64,000 nt of DNA. Source: the human T2T-CHM13v2.0 reference genome, Homo sapiens. This document shows, piece by piece, positions 54,301-64,000 of this stretch. Numbering within the stretch: the first letter of the stretch is position 1; each line of letters begins with the position of its first letter. Under the pieces are notes generated by a model. That model did no database searches and was not told where the DNA came from. It was given only the letters and a program-made list of their open reading frames with translations. The stretch is taken from NCBI RefSeq assembly GCF_009914755.1, contig NC_060947.1. One strand, 5' to 3'. Both the position numbers and the translations under genes were made by a program.

Positions 54301-54928
54301 AGTAAGTAAGAAAGATGGAAAAATGCTAGAAGCATACACATTCTCATTAAATAAAATTATTATTTAAAAGTTCAACTATAATAGCATATAGCCTCAGAAT
54401 AAGCAGTACATTTGCATAAACTCTTTATAAAGGGATTCAGATTCTAGGTTTTGTGCTATCAAAATGGTATTAGCCAGCTTACTGTGACTAGTTAGGACTC
54501 CACTATGTGTCCTATGGCCTCAGAAAAGTTGTAGCAATATATTTCACCATTGAAAATACACAAAATGTCAGTTAAGTAAACACCATGTAATTGATTATGC
54601 TATAGATTATTTATTGTGGCATATGAATCTGGCTTTACATATGCAATTGTCATTGCTTATGTTAATATTTGTGTAGACTTGCCTCAATATGTTTATTTTT
54701 CTTTCCACATTTTCTGGAGCTAAATGCAAGGTGACAGAAGGATTGGCTTAGAATTGGTAGATATCTTTATCTCTTCAGAGTGTAGATGTACCAGTTTAGT
54801 ATAGACAAACATAATGAGACACTATTCTCTTTATCATGCTCTGCCTCCCCCAACCACTCACAGCTGGAGGCACTGATACATTCCGCCAACAGGCTCAGTC
54901 ACGTGTAATCCCTGAGCTGAGAGCAGGC

Positions 54929-54964
54929 GTGTGTGTGTGTGTGTGTGTGTGTGTGTCTGTGTGT
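54929..54964. repeat. (GT)n microsatellite
   Basis: Directly visible. Confidence 0.96.
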
Positions 54965-56240
54965 AAAGAGCCACAGCAAACTACCAAGTGAGATTTAGAT
55001 CTCAACTTTTGCTCTTGATCGAGTATGCAGGTATTTGTATTCCTGCATGACCGCTATATCAATGGATTCTCTGTGACGGCTGGGGTTCTTTTCTATGGTT
55101 TATTGGTCAAGTCCTGTAATTCCCAGTCATACAGTAGAATGTTCTAAGCCACCCACACCCAGCTGGCTGGAGCCTAACATCTACCCTAGTTCTTATTATC
55201 CTTCTTCTAGAGGGCTGGATCCTGCACACTCTCATCACTGTTCCTCATCCTTTCTTGCATTCCTTACACACCAGCAAGGAGCTTGCTGAGGAAAACCTGA
55301 AACAACAATGGTTACTGAAACAAGCTCCTATTTGGATGCAATACAATATGGCCATCCTTCTCAGAGTCTATTCCTATACCTAGGTCAGTTTGTTAAACCC
55401 TCACCCCTCTATACATACTCTTGGTTACACTTCCTTCCCCAACCAGCAAGCCCCGGCACTAAAGATTTTTTCCTATTTTACAAAGCTGATAAAAACATAA
55501 TAAAGGTAGACATTAACAATGTGACATCATCACCCTAATCCCATTCTCTGCTACCCTTGTAAATTTCAATTAAGCTAATAATGAGTCTAAGGTAAAATAA
55601 AAATAATATGACGTGATTCTTCATGGATTGATCATGCTGTCAGCATTTTCATAGCCGAAGAGTTACATTGGGTCTGCACTGCATTAATTATAGTAGCAAT
55701 AAAACTTACTGAGAACAGAGGATGAATATCTTGAGGTCCATGTTCAATCCACTGAACATGCCTGCCTCTCTTCACCCTTGAACACTGCTGTTAATACATT
55801 TTTATTCTGAGATACAATGCTTTGAAACAAACACTTATATTTAAAATGCCTGCTTTGTAATTAGGTAGTCACATACATATAGCTGAAAACAAGATCATAA
55901 TACTCCACTCAGAAACATATAATTTAAACAAGTAAGGGGTTATATATTCTAAGTAACCTTTTGTTTCTTGAAAATCTATTTTTAGTATGCAAATATACAG
56001 ATGTGCACACTTGTTACTCTCTAATAAGTAAGTTGTGTCAGATCTAACAAAAGTGATAAATCTTGTTACAATTTTAAAAAGAAATTTGCAATGCATTTTT
56101 ATTATGGTTTATTTATATGAAGCTTCCACTTTGTTAGGGTCTACACATATCACCAACATGAGTATCATGATAGATTTTTTAAAAAGCAAGACTCTTAAAC
56201 TACTATGGCAGCAAATGTCTAAGTAATACTTGCTGTTTTA

Positions 56241-56498
<258 letters not shown>

Positions 56499-56845
56499 TT
56501 ATAAAAATTGCTGTCAAATATTCATTTATTATCCAAATTGGAAATGATACAAGAACCCAATGTTTGTTGGTAGGATATATTTTTAGCAAGATTATTTCAA
56601 CATCAGTTAAGTGCTCATATGTTAACTGGCTTGTACAGGGTACCCTAAGTCCTTCATTAATATATTGCAAATTTAATGATCTTGAATATATGCATGCCTA
56701 TGAAATAAAATTTTGAATTAGAAACATTTCAATAGAATAAAGCAACTTATGGCTCAATAGGAATTTTCTATGCATGACCTGGAAGTTTAATGAGATATAT
56801 TGTAAACCTCTTATTTTGTTTATTTGCTACTAGATGCATACTAAT

Positions 56846-56910
56846 TATATATATATATATGTATATATACATATATATACATATATATATATACACATAC
56901 ATATATATAT
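56846..56910. repeat. (TA)n/(TACA) low-complexity repeat
   Basis: Directly visible. Confidence 0.93.
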
Positions 56911-57649
56911 TTGTGTGGGCTTATATTACATATAAAATGCATTAAAGTTTCACACACACTCACACATATATATGTCCATAATTTGAGAAGCAAATATTAT
57001 TTATATTATTCCATTATTGGCCAGGCCTAAGTAGGCATATCACATATTTTAGCTCATATAATTCTCATAAAATTATATGCACCCAAAAATATTATTTTCT
57101 TTTTACAAGTAAATACCCTAAAGTCTAGGATATTTTCATTGCATTATGTGTCAGCATATATTCTATTCATTATTTCACATTTTCACATCAACTGATAGAC
57201 GCTTTACAAATTTGTTTTTCATTGTGGCAAAATTGTGGTTCATTCAATGAACAATATCAGCCAAATTAAATTCTTCCATATATTTTATCAAATTTTGTAC
57301 TTATTTGCAGTTGGATGAAAGGTTTCAGATACATTGTCATGACTGGAAGCCAGTGCCTATGGATGTAACTTTTGGCAATAGTCAGATTGCTGTGCCTTTC
57401 CTCTTGCATCTTTTAGTTCTTCCCCACAGAGTGAAGTACCACCATTCACAAAAGATAAAGTAGGAAGTTGAGAAGAGTAATAACTATTTATTGCTTCTGA
57501 AAGGGGTTAATGAGCACCTCTAAAATTGCAATGGACAGGATAGAGATAGAAAGAACCCTGGTGTCACCATAGGTTGGAGGACTATTGGGTTGCATATGAT
57601 TGTTTGGGTTTGAAAGAGATGATGGACATAGATAACTATTCTGACTCAA

Positions 57650-57985
57650 TTCAAAAAATCAAACTTATAGAAGCAGAGAATAGCATGGTGGTTACCAGTG
57701 GTTGGGGATGTGGGTGGAAAATGGGGAGATGTTGATTAAAGGATACATAGTTTTAGTTACACAAAAAAAATAAGTTCTAGAGACCTATTGTACACCCTGG
57801 TTACTATAGCAAATAATAATAAATTGCATACTTGCAAAATTCTAAGAGAGTAGATTTTAAATGTTCTCATTACAAAAAACATAAGTATGTGAAGTAATGG
57901 ATATGTTAATTAGCTTGATTATGTCATTTCACAATGTATACACATATCAAAACATAATCTTGTACACTGTAAAAATAATTTTTTT
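57650..57985 (+). mobile_element. L1MA 3' end
   Basis: aaacttatagaagcagagaatagcatggtggttacc...gttaattagcttgatt, homologous to 16110-16450. Confidence 0.85.
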
Positions 57986-58696
57986 TCAGTTTTCAAGTCA
58001 ATATAATTTTAAAAATTAATTAATTAATTAGCTATCCACAAACATCCCAAAACGAATAAGATACACTAGAACATTTACTGTAAATTGGGCCAGCTCCTAT
58101 GCACGCCCATCTGTCATTTGGTTACAGATGTGCCAAGAGTATTCTACCAAAATCCAAGTGTAAAGTTTGCCAGGTGTAAATTTTAAATCTGATTGTAATA
58201 GCTAAGCTTTTTCCAGTTAGACATGTTTTGTTGTGCATTGCATGCAAATGTTCTTACTCTAGCATTTTAAAATTCATTATTCTGCTTATTTGCTTTTATA
58301 TGAGACCATAAACTTTAAAGTACAATATTTCAGTTCAGATTATCTGGCAAAACTATCCATGGGAAAGTGAGTAGAGCCAAGGGAAAGCACACACCACACA
58401 TGCTATCCATTGATTAGCATTGAATATGTATAGATATCGTCTTATTTCACATTGAATAAACAGAAAGAACACTACTTTAGGTCTCCGATAAAACAATACA
58501 GAACCAAAGAAATAGAATTTCACCTGAAATATCCCATATGCTTTTTAAAATCATTTAATGCAGGTCTAGAAGTAAAATATTTTTAGAACTCATGGGCATC
58601 CTTAATGCATGACAAGAAAACATGTTGTCTATGAAATACCACAAAACCATAACATGCTGCCAAGATATCAGAGATACTTAAGGGGATTTGTTGAAG

Positions 58697-58698
<2 letters not shown>

Positions 58699-58746
<48 letters not shown>

Positions 58747-58823
58747 AAGAGAGAAGGAGGAAGAAGAAGGAGGAGGAGGAGGAGGGGGAGGAGGAGGAGG
58801 AAAAGGAGAAGGAGAAGACGACG
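58699..58823. repeat. Compound (CA)n-(GA)n-(GGA/GAA)n tract
   Basis: Directly visible. Confidence 0.95.
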
Positions 58824-60073
58824 ATAAAAAAGTAATCTTATAATTTTAAAATGTATATTCAATGCAAGGAAAAGCCAAATGGTTATTAGAGATGCTTGAA
58901 ATATATTGAATGAAAAAAACTTAAACATTTTGCAGTTTACAAGGAAAAGAGAAAAGATAATTTAGTTCATTCCCTTTTGGAGACCCAATTGTTCAATGTT
59001 TTCATCAGTTGTGTAAAAATACTTCGTATCTATTCAAGAAAATGTTTATTTTGCAACTTAGATTCTGCAACCTCATTTTCTGATACTTAGAAAATAATAG
59101 TTATCTGACCTCAGGGTAAGGGTTAACTTTCTAAGTACATAATCAAATAAAGAGTCCATAAACAAATTTTTTCAGCCATTTTATCCCTTTATAAATCAGT
59201 GTCAATCATCTCTTCCCTTTACAGAATCTCCTAGTATTCAATAGGTGACATATCCCTCTTAAGAATCATTGTTTATATTTTGTTGTATTTCTACCAGCTA
59301 AGTTTGTATTGAATTGTTCTTCAATAGTTTGTATTATGAAGGCAATGTTTTTTAAAAAAATTTCCAAACTGCATAATTACTTTATTATTAGGCATACTTT
59401 TTCAAACCACATATTAGATTGAATATTCCTTTGCTCATTTAGGAGTCCTACTTCAATATGTCCACTGCTCAAAAATTACTGATATAAGGAAAAACACAGT
59501 GACAGATTGGCCAACTCAATTATTTGAAAATTTTGCAAGCAAGAAAAACAAAAAATAAAAGGCAAGCACCAAATTAGGGAAAACACAAGTGCACTTACTC
59601 TCACGCGTTCTCTCTCTTTCCATTTATCTATATATAAAATTATAATAAAATTATGGGTGCAATTAATATTGAGAGAACTCGTACAAAAATTATAAAAGAA
59701 AAAATTCTGGGAGAAAAGTAGGTGACATCCAGTTATCCATAGGTCATTTATAAAAATGGATTACATCAAATTCTGGTTTCCAATCCAACATACAAGAAGC
59801 TTAGAAGTCATATTTCCACTCTAGCAAGTAGAAAGCTGAACAAGCTGCAATAACAACTTTACTTAGATTGGTCAGAAAAGTGAGGTTACAGGGCAAACTG
59901 CTGTCCCCAAATTGGAGAGACAGACAAGTAAATACAGAGCATCACAACTTACTGGAAGAGAAACCCATGAAGTGGACACTTCATGAGAATCATTACTGGG
60001 ATAAGAGAAACTCAACTGTAATTGATAAATTTCTGAAGGTTTGGTGTGGGCAAGACTGAGAGTTAAAAACTTC

Positions 60074-60408
<335 letters not shown>

Positions 60409-62202
60409 TTAGTTACAAGACAATCCCCACACTTGTGAGTTTTACTTCCAGGAGCTCATACAGATTCTCACAGGGAATATTCCAGAAAAGTCCACTCATG
60501 CTTCTGGCAGGAAGAGGAGAAATGCAACCATTTTGAAATACATCAGACCACTTTGTTATTCTTAACAAGGCCTGCCTTTAATATAAACAATATTACCAGA
60601 ACATAAACTACATGGTTTTTTCAAAGCCGAACTCATCTGTGGGTAGAATATGCAACTCTAGCCCCCTCTAGACATCTTGTCTCACCTAAGTGAGGGGGAC
60701 AACTGAGAAGCACTTGAAAATTTTACCATCCAGAAGCACAAACTCACTAAAAGATTGAGACCTAATCAGGGGATTATAGTATGCTCCCCTCCTCCCACAT
60801 TTTACCACAACATTACTAAACGCCTATTTATCAGTTTCTTTTACTCTGTGCATCACGTCTGGCTATCAAAAAAAAATTACAAGATATACAAAAGAGGAAA
60901 AAAACACAGCTTGAAGAGACAGAGCAAGCATCAGAACCAGACCCAGATACAGCTGGGATGTTGGAATTATTAGACTGAGTATTTAAAGCAACTATGATTA
61001 ACATCCTAAGGGTTCTAATGAATAAAATACATAGTATGGAGGTGAGATTAGCAATGTAAACAGAAAGATGAAAATGTTAATAAAGAATCAAAAGGAAATA
61101 CTAGAGATCAAAACCACCATAACAGAAATTAAGAATGCCTTTGGTTAGTGGACTCAATACAGTTGAGGAAATAATCTCTGAGCTTCAGGCTATTTCAATA
61201 CAAATGTCCAAAATGATAAAAAATAAATGAGAATAAAAGACTGAAATAAAAAAAAACGCAACATCATATTCAAGATCTATGAGACAACTTGAAATGGTGA
61301 AACTTCTGCGTAATAGGAACACTAGATGGGGAAGAAGAAGAGCGAGGAACACAAGAAATATTTGAAGCAACAATGGCTGGCAATTTTTCCAAATTAAAAT
61401 CGGACACCAAATAATAGATCCAGGAAGCTCAGAGAATGCCTAGTACAATAAATACCGAAAACTACACCTGGGAATATCATATTCAAACTACAGGAAATTA
61501 AATCTGAGGAAAACATATTGGAAGTATTCAGAGAGAGAAAAAAAAGACATCTTACCTATAGAAAAGCAATGGCGAATATTATATCTGATGTCTCCTCAGA
61601 AACCATGCAAGTAAGAATAGAGTGGAGTAAAATACTTAAAATGTTAAGAGAAGAAAAACACCAACCTAGAATTCTATATCTTGTGAATGTATCCTTCAAA
61701 AGGAAAGGAGAACTAAAGACTTTCTCAGATAAAAATTGAGGAAATTTGTTGCCAGTTAGTTGATATTGCAAGATATATTAAAAGAAATTTATCAGCGAGA
61801 AGGAAAATAATATCAATGAGAACCTTGAATATAAATAAAAGAAGCACTTCAGTGAAAGAATAAGTGAAGGTAAAATAAACACTTTTTAAAATCTCTTAAT
61901 TGCTATAACAGACAATTTGTTCAAAACAATAATAACAATATATTCTGTTTTGTATGCTTATGTATAATCCATTCACAGTACATGAATTAGTTGTAAATTT
62001 ATATGGCAAACTGTAAGGCAACCAAAAAATGTTTGTTTTGTTTTAAAGAGTATAACTGATGTGCTAAGAAAAGAGGGGAAATTAAATTTTATAAAAATTC
62101 AAAACCACGAAAGGCAGAAAAAGAGTGGAAAACAAAAATAAGAACAACGAACAAAGGCAATTAATAGAACACAATAACATACATGGTAGATATTAAATAA
62201 AC

Positions 62203-62579
62203 CGCCTTAGCTTAGGCTGACCCAACAAAATACCATACGCTGGGTAGCTTAGACACCAGAAATGGCAGAAACTTTAAGTTTAGGGTACCAGGTTTGTTGG
62301 ATTCAACTGTAGACTCTCTTCCTGGCTTGCACATGTCCGCCTTCTCACTGTTTCCTCACATGGCAGAGAAAGAGAGAGAGATTTCTCTCTCTTCCTAGGC
62401 TTATAAGACCAAGGTCCTGTCAGATAAGAGCTCTACCCTCATGACCTCGTTTAAGTTTAATTACCTATTAAGAAAACTCATCTCCAGATACAGTCACATT
62501 GAAGGTTAACATCATGATCATAGATACAAACATTCATTCAAAATATAAATTTTGGGAGGATACAATTCGGTTCATAACA
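62203..62579 (-). mobile_element. MLT1A-type LTR inside the L1
   Basis: acaaaataccatacgctgggtagcttag...tttgggaggatacaattcggttcataaca. Confidence 0.8.
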
Positions 62580-64000
62580 CTAACTGTATCAATAACCACT
62601 TTAAATAGCAACGGTGTAAACACCAATTAAAAGGTAGACATTGTCAGAATGGAGGGAAAAACAAGACCCAATAATACAGTCTATACAAAAAACCCAGTAT
62701 AAATATTAAGACATATTAATTAAACATAATAGAAGGAGAAAAATATGCCATGCTATTCACTAGTCGAAAGAAAGCAGTGGAGGCTATATTCATTTCAGAC
62801 AGAGAATATTTCTGGGCAAAGTTATCAGGATAAAAAAGGACTTTCATAATGATACAGGGGTCAGTTCACAAAAACATAAAAATTGTCAATGTGTATGTAC
62901 TTAATAACAGAGCATCAATATGCATGAGGCAAAAACTGAGAAAGGCAAGGAGAAATAGATGAATCCACTATTACAGTTGAAGACTTCAACAACCTTTATC
63001 AGAAATAGACAGATTCTGCAGGCAGAAAATCTGTAAGAACACAAATAAACTCAATTATAGCAATCGAGTATTATTCACATCTATTGACTACTTCATCTAC
63101 CGGCAAGAGAATACCATTTCTTCCCAAGTTCACATGGAACATTCACCAATATTGACCATATTCTGGGCCATAAAATGCATCTTAACAAATGTAATAGATT
63201 AAAATTCATAAAGTATCTTCTCCCAGACCACATTGAATGAAACTAGAAGTCAATAACGAAAAGATAGTTAGAAAATTGCAAAATATTTGGAGATTAAACG
63301 ACATACATGTACAAAGTACGAGTCAAAGAAAAAAATCAAAAGAAATGAAAAAAAATTGAACAAAATAAAAATGAAAATACAACTTATCAAAATTTGTGGG
63401 ATGCTGTGAAAGCAGTGCTTAGAAGAAAATTTATAGCATTGAATGCATAATTAGAAAAAAGAAATATCTAAAATTAATAATATAAACAACCTTATGAAAC
63501 AACAAAAATAAGAGCAGATTAATTTCATAGTAGCCAGAATAAAAGAACTAATAAAAATTAAGAAGTACATAAATTGAAAACAGGAAATTAATAGAGAAAA
63601 ATTAACAAAAGCAGAAGCCAATTCTTTGAAAAAGTCAATAAATATCAATAGGCCTCTAGCCAGGCTAACTAATAAAAAAGAGAGAAAACACAAATTACTA
63701 ATTACAGAAGTGAAAGAGAGGATATTACTAGAAACCATTCAGATCAGATATAAAAATAATAATAAAGGTATATTATGAACAACTCTATGTCCACCTAGAT
63801 TTGATAACCTAGAAGAATCGGACCAAATCTTTGAAAGACACAATCTGCCAAAACTCACACAAGAAGGAATAATAAATTTGAATAGACCTACATATGTGTT
63901 AAAGAAATTGAATCAATGATTAACAATCTTTCAAAATGGAAATCACTGGACCAGATAGGTTCATTGGTGAACTATACCAAATTTAAGGAATAAATTATAT

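Noticed and set aside
58609-58928. Arg-rich protamine-like ORF and poly-Leu antisense ORF
   Set aside because: Both are translations of the (CA)(GA)(GGA) simple repeat.

Overview
This is AT-rich, repeat-dense primate genomic DNA, almost certainly human. It carries AluY/AluS/AluJ, L1PA/PB/MA/MB/MC-MD/ME, L2, MIR, THE1/MST/MLT MaLRs and MER4/MER11/MER57 ERV sequences. The only gene-like feature is an intronless retrocopy of UBE2N (UBC13) at 23091-24279, which I recognise as UBE2NL; recalled knowledge places it at Xq27.3. It has target-site duplications and a poly(A) remnant. Its catalytic Cys is replaced by Ser, and this haplotype has TGA at codon 89. Nearly all other ORFs in the track are repeat-derived or chance ORFs. 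I find no convincing new multi-gene system. The most interesting structures are: (1) the catalytically dead, stop-carrying UBE2NL with an overlapping uORF; (2) a full-length THE1 provirus upstream on the same strand, with perfect DUX4 motifs in both LTRs and an intact LTR splice donor; (3) an apparent ancient L1PB 3' transduction nested in a MER4 LTR; (4) two twin-priming-type inverted L1s; (5) a templated ~40-bp repair patch copied from 1.55 kb away; (6) a rearranged MER57 provirus with an env remnant. Repeat subfamily calls are by-eye recognition of consensus motifs. Boundaries of old elements are approximate to tens of bp.
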